64,000 nucleotides of DNA from Octopus vulgaris. Taxonomy: Eukaryota. A program made the translations under genes and the position numbers. Where the stretch lies: the NCBI GenBank assembly GCA_951406725.2, contig OX597823.1, positions 81,654,001 through 81,718,000 of the forward strand, given 5' to 3'. Of the stretch, positions 14,306 through 26,991 are shown in pieces; within the stretch, counting starts at the first letter, position 1; the number at the start of each line of letters is the position of its first letter. The notes beneath the pieces are model-generated. The model had not been told where the DNA came from and did not search any database. It worked only from the letters and a program-made list of their open reading frames with translations.

Positions 14306-14548
14306 AATTATTGTATACAGTGCTCAGGTGCACTACAACTTGTCAAAAGTGCATATAAAGTATATGCAGTAATGTACAAATGTCTGGAAAGTGAACAGTG
14401 TATAAGTCAGATACATGCTTGCTTGTGTATGGAACGGAGAAAATCAGGTGTAGTGTTGGCGAATCTCAGGAAGCATGGAAGTTTTGAAGGATGCAGTGCT
14501 CCGACAACTAACAATTGATGCCAGCAGTTTGTTCCATGCTTCAGCAAA
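14243..14548 (-). mobile_element. CR1-group LINE 3' end with (ATT)n tail, nested in a Penelope remnant
   Basis: AEAWNKLLASIVSCRSTASFKTSM is a typical CR1/L2-group C-terminus; a 3' UTR and simple-repeat tail follow. Confidence 0.6.
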
Positions 14549-15761
14549 TCTTATAGACCCAAAGAAGCCTAAATAGCAAATGAAGATATCCAATTTTCCA
14601 GTAAGCAGTGCTTGAAGTGGATACATTTAGAAAAGACTTCTTTACAACTGTTTAACATGCTAGGTTTCTTATAGTCCTTAAGAATTTTGGCTTTCTCTGT
14701 GATGCAGATCTTGCAACGGCCACTTCCATTAATATACCAGCCTGGATGATCAAATCAATTTCCACCTGATGTCACATGGAGTCCATTGATCTTTGAGATG
14801 CTATACATAGTGGGCCAGGGACACATCAAATCATCTTTCTGGGACTCTGATGGATGACTGGTGGTTAAGAAAACGTCGCTTGAACGAAGTACTTGCAGAA
14901 CCAATATATTTACACACATGGGATGTGGCCCTATTCACACCCCTGGTAACATATGGCATGGGGCCAGTCATCCCATTGGTGTCAAAGCTAAATATTTGGT
15001 CATCTTCTGAGGTGGTGGAACTGGGAATGGCAGATACCTCCTCCAAGTCGCTGGTCCTGGATAGGTCATTATTTCTAGGTGCAGCATTTGTACTGGTGAT
15101 AGCATACATTGCAGGCCTGGTCACTCTATCTGTATCTGTGGTTTGTTCATTATCCATGGCATGGTACTGGGGGTCTTTGGTGTCGCTCTCTGTGATGCTG
15201 GTCCTGGACTGGTTATTATCTCTGGGTACGACAATTGTATTGGCATGAGAACTGGTTAATCTGCAAATAATATTGCTCTTTGATGGTACATTACTATTAT
15301 TGTGGATATCAGGTCTAAGTATCACCATAGCCTCATCGATGACCCCTTGAGCCTTGCATTGGCCTCCTACATTCCCTTGGCCTCCTTTAAAAAAAATAAA
15401 TCTTTCAAAAATCACCTTTACACTTCAAAACTGTATTAAGTAATTCTCATAGACTTTCAAATATACATATATATATATATATATATACCGGAGTGAGACT
15501 ATAACTGCGAAACAAGGTGGAAAATTGTACTCGAATACCAGAGGTAGAGTAAGACAGCAGAAATATCACAAAAACTGTTACTCAGAGTTTCACGTTCCCA
15601 TTCATTGGACAGTTTTGTTTAGAACAGAACAGAAGTAAGGTTATAAACAAACATGAAATTAGTATAATGGATACACATTTAAAAATGGTTTTGTTACATA
15701 CGTGTATCCATTAAACTAATTTCATGTTTGTTTATGACCATATTTCTGTCACATTCTAAAC

Positions 15762-15807
15762 AAAACTGTCCGATGAATGAGAACATGAAACTCTGAGTAA
15801 CAGTTTT
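15762..15807 (+). ncRNA. Hammerhead-like motif with C at core position 4 (CCGATGA), inside the inverted repeat 15555-15823
   Basis: AAAACTGT-CCGATGA-ATG AGAA CAT-GAAAC TCTGA GTA-ACAGTTTT. A more degenerate reverse copy lies at about 15571-15616. Confidence 0.5.
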
Positions 15808-16046
15808 TGTGATATTTCTGTTGCTTTTTAATAAAGTATCATCATCATCTTCATCATTGTTTAACGTCCCTTTTCCATGCTGGCATGGGTTGGACAGTTC
15901 GACTGGGGTTTGGGAAGCCAGGAGGCTGCACCAGGCCCCCAGTCTGATCTGGCAGTGTTACTACAGGTGGATGCCCTTCCTAATGCCAACCGCTCTGAGA
16001 GTGTAGTAGATGCTTTTTATGTGCCACCGGCACACATACATACTTT

Positions 16047-16079
<33 letters not shown>

Positions 16080-16179
16080 ATTGAAGACTGTAGTTGTGTG
16101 AAGCCAGAACAATGTGAGAAAGTACAAAATAAACTATAAAAGGAAATGAAAACAGAACAAAGTTGCAGTTTTACTTTGT

Positions 16180-16219
16180 ATTTCTATATTTCGGGGTGAA
16201 AACCCCTTCTTCAGGACAT
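16180..16219 (-). ncRNA. Minimal hammerhead-like motif
   Basis: Minus strand reads ATGTC-CTGAAGA-A-GGGG TTTTCA CCCC-GAAA-TATA-GAAAT. Stem III is a loopless palindrome; stem I has a mismatch. Confidence 0.45.
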
Positions 16220-16263
16220 TCAGAAAAGCAGTTGCTGGAAAAAGTTATTACTAAATATATGCA

Positions 16264-16349
<86 letters not shown>

Positions 16350-16888
16350 TTCTCCACTGTTTTGACAACTGGTATCGGTGTGTTTATGTCCCTGTAACTT
16401 AGTGGTTTGGCAAAAGAGACTAATAGAATAAGTACCAGGCTTTAAAAATCATAAAGTGTTGAGGTTAATTCATTTGCCTAAAAATTCTTCAAGTTGATTG
16501 CCTCAGCATGTCCATAGTGCAATGATTGAAACAAGTAAAAGATAAAAAGAAGCTATGTAGAAAAATATATATATAAAAATATCTGTGCTGGTGGCACATA
16601 AAAAGCACCATCCGAACGTGGCCGATGCCAGTGCCGCCTTGACTGGCTTACGTGCCGGTGGCATGTAAAAAGCACCAACCAATTGTGGCCACTGCCAGCT
16701 TACCCTGGCACCTGTGCCGGTGGCACGTAAAAAGCACCCACTACACTCACAGAATGGTTGGCGTTAGGAAGGGCATCCAGCTGTCGAAACACTGCCAGAT
16801 CAGACTGGAGCCTGGTGCAGCCTCCTGGCTCCCCAAACTCTGGTCGAACCGTTCAAACGCTGCTAGCATGGAAAACAGACGTTAATCA

Positions 16889-16921
<33 letters not shown>

Positions 16922-17856
16922 GTGCTGTGGTGGGCTTCTACACAGTATCTTTACATCAAATTCATGGAGAGGGCATTGGTCAACCTAGATCTTAGTAGAA
17001 GCCACTTGGTTTAACCCTCTAGCATTTAAACTGACCATATCCAATCGAAATATCTTACCTGCTCTATGTTAAATCTAGCCAGATCCAGTTTCTCACACCT
17101 ACCCTACAGTATTAATCTAAAAATAAACAATCTCACCATCAAAATCCGAAAGCTATGCAATAATGCATGATTAGTTCAAAACGATGTGAATAAATAAGCA
17201 TTATGTCTGACAGATTAATCTGAATGCTAGAAGGTTAAGGTGCTGCACAGTGCTATAAACTCAAAAACACATATTGACATTGTGAGCTACTTAAGTATAC
17301 AATCATATCTGCACAACAAATATCACATAGTTAATTGAATTTTTATACTGATGACTTAACAGGGTGTATGTATTCTGGATGTGCTAGCTGATTCTGCATA
17401 ATCACTAAAGATGGTGCATTTAGTTTTTATGTTTTTACCTCTATAAATTTCAGACTTTTGTTGTATCATATCAATTTGTAATTTGTTTGCTAATCTAATA
17501 ATGTATACTTAGAAAATTAGAAGATTAAAACAGACAGACAAATTGATAGGACAGACAAGATTAATTAGATAAGGTAAATAGATAGAAAGATAGATAGATT
17601 AGATAGGATAGATAGATACATAAGATAGATACATTAGACAGAAAGATAAGTTGATAGATTAGGTAACACAGACAGGTACGGTAAATAGATTAAGAAAAAA
17701 TAGTTGTAAGAGATAGATAAAATAAATAAAATGATGGGTGAATAGATAGATAGAAAGATTAAGTTAGATTGACAGATAGATATAGATGGATAGATAGGTC
17801 ACATAAGATCAAAGAGAGATGAACAGATAGACAGACAAACAGAAACATAGACAGGC

Positions 17857-18390
<534 letters not shown>

Positions 18391-18391
18391 G

Positions 18392-18451
<60 letters not shown>

Positions 18452-18569
18452 GATGGATGATAGATGAATGGATAGACAGAAAGTCAAACAGCAGGATTAC
18501 TGGGTAAGACAGATAGATAAGCTTGGAAGATGATAGATAGATAGTTAGATAGTTAGACAGACTGATAGG

Positions 18570-18640
<71 letters not shown>

Positions 18641-20269
18641 GTGGATAGATGGATGGATTGATTGATCGATTGATAGATAAATAGATTCATCTTAAATGTA
18701 TGTTTATATTTATGCCAGAGTAATAGGTTTAATATGGAGGCACTAATGACCATACTTGGCTGAACTTTCACCAAGCTTCATTATGAAAGGATTCTATGGG
18801 TGAGGGCAGTTATAATGCAGTGAGTCTCTTGTAATATGGTAAGATGGGAGAATATAGCAAAACTAGTGATGATCTGTATTGGCAGTTAATAATGCAAAGA
18901 ATCCAAATGCAAGAATATGTTTATGCTTTGTAGAAACAAAGATATCTAAATTTTCAGACAGTCATCACTATCATCATCATCAGCAGCAGCATCACCACCA
19001 TCATCATTGTCATCACTATTACCATCATTACCACCACCATCACCACTGCTGTCATTGTTGTAATCCTCCTTCTCCTTTTCTTCCTTCTTTTCCTCCTCCT
19101 CCTCCTCCTCCTTCTCTGCCCCCCCCCCCCTCCTTTTACATCGAAAAAACCTTAGGAATGAGAACCCAGGTTCGAAATTTCCCCCAAGACACCTGATGAA
19201 GGCTGGAGGGTATATCAGCCAAAACAAGATGAGGACAAATATACATCAAATGTAAACAATGTAAATAATGTAAATAACGTATAAAATTCCTCATCTCATA
19301 AATATAGAACTATAATACTGTCCGTGTATAAGAAACTTCCATATTTTTTTAACCTAATTTTTGACAAAAAAAGGCTTCTTTATATGCATTAAAATATGGT
19401 GTTTAATATAAAATACTCATATGTGGAGGCACGTGGCTTAGTGGATAGGGTGTTGGACTCATGCTTGTAAGAATGTGGTTTCGATTCCTGGACTGGATGA
19501 TGTGATGTGTTCTTGAGCAAAAACTTCATTTCATGTTGCTCCAGTCCACTCAGCTGGCAAAAAAGAGTAATCCTGCGATGGATTGGCGTCCTTTCCAAAT
19601 GAAACCAGCCCTTATGAGCCTGGCATGGCTCGAGAAGGAAACATTTCTTCTTCTTTACTCATCGTATATTTACTATAATTTACCTTTCAAATACTGCATC
19701 ATCTTGCTGAATTCACTTATAAAGGACCAGGTTATATGCTTCATTTGACAGTTCGTTGATGCGTTGATGGTTGGTTAAACACTAAGTGTACTTATGAATG
19801 AGAGGTAATGAAGAGGAGGACTGAATAATGCTTTGCTTGAATGAGCTGGAATGCCTTTGACATCATAAAGCAGGTCAGTGAAACAAAAGTAGGACAATGT
19901 CCTTAAATTAGTTTGTGTGTGTTTGCACATGCAGTGAGTGTGCGTATATGTATGTGTTTGTGTGTGTGTGTGTGTGTGTTAGTACATATTTATTTCACTT
20001 GTAAATCTATATGTGTGTATAGATTTGAGGATATGTGGGTGTTCTGTAAATATTCTAGCATGGAATTCGATGCAAAAATATTGGAGGTTGAAGATAATCC
20101 GTGTAGAAATTTTTACTTTCGGACTGATATTCATCATTTAAGATGATTTTGATTTATGTGTGTGAGTAATAGGTCATACTGAAGATGATGAAGAGGAGCA
20201 TGTATGAAAATGAAACAGAAATTGGAGAAGAAATTGAACTAAAATAAAGGAGGATAGATGGGTAATTAG

Positions 20270-20705
20270 ATAAGTAGATAGATAGATAAGGTAGATAAGA
20301 GACTTAGATAAGAAACTTAGATAAGAGAAATAGATATATAAGATGGATATACTGTGAGATGGATAAAATAGATAAGGCAGATAGCAGATAGACAAGAGAT
20401 ATGGAAAGCTAAGATATTTAGACAGGCTGACAAATAGAGAGAGAGTGACTGACTGATAGTGTAGATAAGGAAAATAGAGACATAAGATAGATAGATAGAG
20501 ACAAACAGATAAATAGACAGGCAGATAGATAAAATAGATGAGAGAGACAGATAAGGTCAATCGGATAGATAAACAGACAGACGGATACATAAATAAGATA
20601 GATAGGGTGGATACATGAGATAGATAGACAGGTAGATAGAAAGACAGATAGATAGACAAACAGACAGACAGATAGACAGACAGATAGACAGACAGACAAA
20701 CAGAC

Positions 20706-20772
<67 letters not shown>

Positions 20773-20789
20773 CAAATAGACATGCAAAG

Positions 20790-20820
<31 letters not shown>

Positions 20821-20966
20821 TGGAAAGACAAACAGCAGGTAGATAGACAACCAGACAAACAGACAGATAGATAAATAGTTTGATAGATAGACAGACAGAC
20901 AGACACATAGATAGACAGACAGACACATAGACTGACAGACAGATAGATAGATAGATAGATAGGTAA

Positions 20967-21020
<54 letters not shown>

Positions 21021-21045
21021 CTGATAGCTAGATAGATTGACAGAC
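20270..21045. repeat. (GATA)/(GACA)/(GA) microsatellite region; also at 17530-17912, 18392-18690, 41660-41790
   Basis: Read directly from the sequence. Confidence 0.9.
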
Positions 21046-21207
21046 ATGGATATCTCCAACACCAAACATAAACATATCTCTCAATCATTGTCTTTCTTTT
21101 ACAGCCATACTTCTTTCTAAATATGTTGTATTAATAATTACCCTGTTAAATTTACTAAGACATGAAATATATACTAATTTACCAAAACGAAATATTTTTC
21201 TTTCCAG

Positions 21208-21374
21208 CTGATAGATGAGCTGAACAAAGAAACTGCCTGCTACAGTGCACTCGCGATAGGTCTTGGAGGTTCGCACGATTCCCCAAATTTAAGGAATGAA
21301 CTGACGAGAATACGAACCAAGTCTTTCCATTTGGTTAAACAGACTATGGAAATTTTAACCCTGCTTTATCAAAG
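21208..21374 (+). CDS. RGS9BP: Internal coding exon A (167 nt, phase 0 to 2) of an RGS9-binding protein (R9AP)/R7BP-family gene
   Basis: tttccag acceptor and AG|gtattt donor. Encodes LIDELNKETACYSALAIGLGGSHDSPNLRNELTRIRTKSFHLVKQTMEILTLLYQ, resembling the vertebrate R9AP N-terminus ([32 protein letters not shown], recalled). Absent from the ORF track. Confidence 0.9.
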
Positions 21375-21855
21375 GTATTTTGCCAGTTTTGATAATCAAA
21401 TAAATTTTTTTTTTTATCGTTAAACAATTATTTTGATTGTTAAACAATTTTAATGTTTTCTTGCTTTTGCAACCATGCAGTTTTAGGTTCAATCCCACTG
21501 CGAGGCAGCTTAAGAAAGCGTTATCTACTATAACCCTATCTATCTATCTATCTACATGTATATATATATATATATATATAATTAATTAATAAGGGTGAGA
21601 GAATTAGATACTAATTTAATAGTATATCTATTCAACACCAAGTGGCCTAGTGCTCCGAGAAACCTGGATTATTATAATATTTTATAATATATTATAATAT
21701 TTTTACAAAATAAATATAAGAGAGTGGTCACTATATGGCTCACTCTAGCACCAGTTAATCCAAAAGGTTTCAACCACAAAAATACATGTTTCCCATGAAA
21801 GACAGTACGATTGTTAGCTCACACGGACAGGGCAAATAAAAAATAACAAAAATAC

Positions 21856-21949
21856 AGATTATTTTGGGACAATTGTTTCGCTATTAATGAATTAAATGTA
21901 ATTTTACTTACAAAAAAATCCACTTGTAGCTCGTCAGCCAAAACTATCT
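21856..21949 (-). ncRNA. Identical hammerhead ribozyme copy on the minus strand
   Basis: Exact reverse complement of 22147-22240, in the left arm of the inverted repeat. Confidence 0.78.
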
Positions 21950-22146
21950 GGATGAAATCCACTCACCCTTATTAATTAATTATAATTATGCTGCATTTAT
22001 TTCTAAATGCTGTATTTGTTTTCCGTGAAAGTTTGGCGCGCTGTTAGTTGGGGCATTTGAATTATAACGTCGGATGTAATCAATTGAACCACACGCGTAT
22101 TTATCGTTATGGTAAAATCTGGCGTGTGATTGAGTGGATTTCATCC

Positions 22147-22240
22147 AGATAGTTTTGGCTGACGAGCTACAAGTGGATTTTTTTGTAAGTAAAATTACAT
22201 TTAATTCATTAATAGCGAAACAATTGTCCCAAAATAATCT
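22147..22240 (+). ncRNA. Type I hammerhead ribozyme (Penelope-type, minimal palindromic stem III)
   Basis: Stem I TTTTGG(22153-58)/CCAAAA(22229-34), extendable by AGAT/ATCT. Core CTGACGA at 22159-65. Stem II GCTA...TAGC. GAAAC-AATT-GTC with a GUC cleavage triplet at 22226-28. Confidence 0.8.
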
Positions 22241-23786
22241 GTATTTTTGTTATTTTTTATTTGCCCTGTCCGTGTGAGCTAACAATCGTACTGTCTTTCA
22301 TGGGAAACATGTATTTTTGTGGTTGAAACCTTTTGGATTAACTGGTGCTAGAGTGAGCCATATAGTGACCACTCTCTTATATTTATTTTATATTATATAT
22401 ATATATATATATGTAGAAGAATATTGAACTTTATTTAACGTCCGCTTTCCATGCTATCATGGGTTGGACGATTTGACTGAGGACTGGCGAACCAGGTGGC
22501 TGCACCAGGCTCCAATCTTGATCTAGCAGAGTTTCTACAGCTGGATGCCCCTCCTAATGCCAACTACTCCAAGGGTGTAGTGAGTGCTTTTAGGTGCTAC
22601 TGGCATGAGGGCCAGTCAGGCGGTACTGGCAACGGCCACAAAAAATCGTTTTTTGTTTTTAATTTTACGTGTCACCTGCACACCAGCACAAGTGCCAGTA
22701 AGGCAATGCTGATAACGATCATGCTTGAATGGTGCTTTTTGCGTGCCACCAGCACGAATGCCAGTCAGCTGCTCTGGCGACGATCATGCTCAGATGGTGC
22801 TCTTAGTGCTCCACTAGCACAGATATGTATATACATGTGTGAGTGCCTTTACGTGGCACCTACACTGACAGGGTCATTAAGTACTTGCAAGACAAAAAGA
22901 AAAAAATATATATTAATATGTGTGTGTGTATGTGTGTGTGTGTATACATATATATATATAAAGAAAATAAGATAAGGTAGAAAATGCAAAAATAATTTTA
23001 TCATGAAAAGCATTTTAATACCGGTTTCAGTCTTTTCCACTCTTTCAACTTGGAGTAAAACAAGAAAAACAATCAAATTGGGGAAAAATTAAATGAAATG
23101 TTTTTAAAAATATTTCCATAGTCTTCAAATAGGTAGGACATTTTCCTTTTTTCTGTCTCTCTCTTTTACTTTTGTGAAGGCTTGGTAGCTAGTAGCAGAT
23201 CTGAAGAAATAGTTAATATGAGGGATGCTAGTTCTGCACTTTGTTTGTTTAAGTAGCAGCAGCCGAGAATGGAGAAGACTAGGAAGAGGAAGAAAAAGAA
23301 GGAGAAGGAAAATAAGTGAAAGAAGAAGAAAAATAGGAGAGTGGTATGACAGTAGGAGACTGTTCATGGAATCTTCTTTAATGGTCAAGTGACCTAAACG
23401 TGACCTGTTGTGGTTGTAGCAGTAGTGATTGAAAGCGTTCTGAATAAATTCATGGCAGAGACATATTTGGTTCTGGAGTTTCATGGTTTAAGCAGCAGCA
23501 GCTGAGTAGGAGCAGGAGGAAGAAGAAGAAGAAGAAGAAGAAGAAGAAAAAGAAGAAGAAGAAGAAGAAGAAGAAGAAGAAGAAGAAGAAAGAGAAGAAG
23601 AAGAAAGGAAAGATGATGGAAGTGGTTATGACCCAGTAGTAGAGGTTGTGGAATCTACTTCAATGGTCAAGTGATCTAAAAATGACCTGCTGTGGTTGTA
23701 GTTGTAATGGTAAGAACTGTTCCAAATAAATTCATGGGTAGCAACTGTTCTTAATATATCTATCATTTTTAATATTTGCATGGGTA

Positions 23787-25380
23787 TTATTCTAAGAAAC
23801 TTGTAGTTGTGTCATCTGTGGTGGAAGCATTCAAAAGAAGTTCATATTTTGGGATAAAATATGATTCTTTGCTAATGCACTGATTATAGGTTGCATTGTC
23901 CCTGAATTTATAGAGGGGAAAAATTCTGAAGTTGGGTTGTTTGTTAGTGGCACAAATGTCGATGTGTTCACTTAATGCCATTTTCCTGTATTCCCGAATT
24001 TTGATTTTGGATCTATGTAGTGTCATCCTCTGGTGTAGACTGGTTTTGATTTGACTTATGTGTTGCTCTCGGCATCCTGTGCAAGTTAACACATATATTA
24101 GGTTTTCCAAAGCACATGTAAAGTTGTTTTTCACTGTAAAACGTTGACCCTGTTCAAAGGGGTACTTTGATCCCTCAATAAGGTTGACGCATATACCACA
24201 GTTAGGTCTTCCGCATTTTTTTTACTGATGGTTTCAATGTTGTTGACAAGTGTACTTGGGCTTGTGTTAGGAGACTTTTCATTGACTTGGGTTGTCTTTT
24301 GCTCTTTATGATGGTGTGTGTTTGGAGGATTTGGTTTATTCTGTGGTCCAGTTTTTGTAGAGGAATGTTCTGGAGGATGGTGTGGAAGGTTTCATTGTTT
24401 AAAGGGTGGTGTGTGGAGATGTATGATAGGGCTTTTGGCTGTAAATCCTTCTTTAGTTTGGGACGTCTGAGTTCATGGATGTTGAGTTGTAGGGCACATT
24501 GAAAACCTTATCAATTAGTGATGGTGGTAGTTCCTGCTGATTAGTGTATCCTTTAGCTCACGTAGTCATATGTCCCTGGTGCTTGTATCAGATACTATAA
24601 TACAAATCCTTTTTGCCAGGTTGAAGGGGATATTCATTCTAGTGTGTCTGGTGTGGCAAGAGTTGAACAGTAGATATTGCTTGGAGTCTGTGGGCTTATA
24701 GTATATGCCTGTTTTTATTTTGTTGTTGGATTTCTTAATGAGATGTCAAGGAATGGAAGTTGTTGATGGCTATATTCCATCATAAATTGAATGTTCATGT
24801 GAAGTTCATTTAGAAGTTCTTGAAATTCTTTAAGTCTCTCTACACTTTCATGCCAAAGAATGAAACAGTCATTTACATACCTCTTCCAGTTATTTTCTAT
24901 GTAGAGGGAGAATGGGTTGCCATATTTTTCTAGTACCTTATCCCATGATTAGGTTAGCAAAGGAAGAAGCCATTCTTTTACCCATAGCAGTCCCCAATTT
25001 TTGTTGATACAAGTTGTCTTTGAAGACAAAGAAGTTATCTTCCAAGATGAATTTTAGCCCTTCTATCACAAATTCTTTTTTGATGTTGTGTGGGAGTTCA
25101 TTGGAGTAATTCTCTAGCCAGAATTGGATTGCCTCTATTCCTAGGCTGTGGGGGGATATTAGAATAGAGGTTGACTACATCGAAGGATACTAGTAGGGTG
25201 TTTTTGTTTATTGTTTCCGGGAGGTGATTGAGGATATCTAGGTCGTCCCTTATGTAGGTTTTATATACTTAAGGAATGATTTTAAGAGGGCATCTAAAAT
25301 GTTACTGAGGCAGTGAGTTTCGCATGTGGGATCTGCTATTATAGATCTTAATTCGAGGTCATTAGGAGTAGGTACCTTGA
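23787..25380 (-). mobile_element. Degenerate Penelope-like retroelement, RT plus GIY-YIG
   Basis: LVSFDVVNLYSNIP, GTAMG, WKRYVNDCFILW, LPFLDI, YKPTDSKQYL and NLIYVLTCTGCREQ motifs with frameshifts. Diverged duplicated 3' units at 23340-23460 and 23620-23740. Confidence 0.85.
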
Positions 25381-25417
25381 TTATTATATGTATGCAGGTG
25401 TGGCTGTGTGGTAAGTA

Positions 25418-25958
25418 TTGGGTTGTCCAGAAAGTTTGTGGTCAATAAATACTAGCCATTACATTTTTAATCACCAAATATGAAACATTTTGTTGCACAA
25501 TGCATCTCCATCTTTCCTTTAACATGAAAATACCCTCTTCCCAGAATTGAGGTGGTTTCATGGCAAAGAATTCATCAAAATATCTTTATATGTCATCCAA
25601 GGAATTGAAATTTTTACCATTAAGACTATTCTGCAGAGACCTGAATAAGTGGAAATCCGAAGGAGCAATATCTGGTGAATATGGAGGGTGGGGTAACACA
25701 TCCCAGCCGAGCTGCAGCAGTTTTTGTCTTGTTCCCAAAGCATCAAGTGCCGAAAATGAACTTTCTTATCTTCCATTTTAAAGGGTTACAGAATTAACAT
25801 AGGTTATAGGAACATAAATCTTCTTCCACAAAAAGATAGCTTAAACTGTGCTCTAAATGGAGGTGTAGTCAAATCTTACTTTATGGACTCAACCATGTTC
25901 TAAATTAAGTTGAAAGTTAATCTACTATAAATTGGCATGAACTTTCCGAACAACCCAA
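25418..25958 (-). mobile_element. Internally deleted mariner element with TIRs and TA target-site duplication
   Basis: TA-TTGGGTTGTCCAGAAAGTT ... AACTTTCCGAACAACCCAA-TA. Encodes MEDKKVHFRHLMLW and PPYSPDIAPSDFHLFRSL. Confidence 0.85.
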
Positions 25959-26991
25959 TATTTTTAGTAGATTGAGTGAATGTGTAGAATTTCCTAGTAT
26001 TCTGAGGTTATTTCATTCAGTCATTATCTCCATTACAAAGTGTAGCTTCAGCTTTGAGCTTAATTAATTGCCAATATTCAAGATACTTAGTGCAATTACA
26101 GTATAATCATTACTAACAAATGAACAGTTTAAGTGATTAACCTATTCATGTTAAATTGCACCAATTGTATATGAAGAAGATTAAGACTTATAGTTACGTC
26201 ATAGTCAATATGTAAGTTAGTAAAACATAAATGTATAGAATATCTTCATGTTAGATGACATATCAAGCTAATGGATAAAAAGATATAGGAATTCTCATAT
26301 CATTATCATTACCACCAGCATCACCAACACTGCCTGCATTATTATTATCATTTCATTTATACACAACAGATCAGACTGTTGGGAAGAAAATTCCTAATGT
26401 CAGGCTACATCAAGTACCCTTATTTGTCATTGACAAGCCCCACCTCCCCTAAAATTTCAGGCCTTGTGACTACAGAAGAAAGAGTTATTTTTATTATATG
26501 ACAGAATCATTAGAATGTTGGTGGGGAGAAAATGCTAGTTGCATTTTTTCTGGTTCTTTACATCGTAAGTTCAAATCTCCCAGTGGCTGCTTTTGCCTTT
26601 CACTCCTCTGGGGTCAATAAAATAGAGTATCAGTCAAATATCATAGTGAAATATGTGAGATAAGTACACTCGTGAACAAACAATTCACGTGAAAAAAATA
26701 ATTCACAAAAAAATAATTTGCAAAGATATCATTGGTTCAGTTATTATCTGGTGTAACAATTTAAAAATGATAATAACAGAATCAATAATATAGGTGATTG
26801 CAGGCCTCAAAAAAGCATTAAATAGCTGAAGGATTAAAAGTAATCAAAGGACATACCAAGTATGTCTATCTGCTGGAAATAAGAGTTTTGACTGTTATTT
26901 CCAGCAACTATACATACTTAATATGTCTTTTGATTAATTTTAATCCTGGTGCATATATATTTATTATTGCTATGGTTACATGTACTTGACA

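Larger units (their letters stand above)
13956..15385 (-). mobile_element. Penelope-like element remnant (GIY-YIG region plus hammerhead-bearing 3' end)
   Basis: CKYIGSASTSFKRRFLNHQSSIR...LAHYV...LN..EVFSKCIH. Bounded by about 80-bp direct repeats at 13865-13955 and 15386-15470. Confidence 0.6.
21580..22389. mobile_element. (TA)n-flanked Penelope-like non-autonomous element with 259-bp inverted arms (21707-21965 / 22131-22389)
   Basis: Arms read as perfect reverse complements with a 165-bp spacer. A nested short inverted repeat ATTAATTAATAAGGGTGAG lies at 21581-21599 / 21962-21980. Each arm carries a hammerhead. Confidence 0.7.

Noticed and set aside
20174-21088. 304-aa YLSI-rich ORF
   Set aside because: Translation of a GATA/GACA microsatellite.
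23010-23055. GAAACCGGTA hammerhead stem III signature on the minus strand
   Set aside because: No CTGANGA core or stem I could be found.
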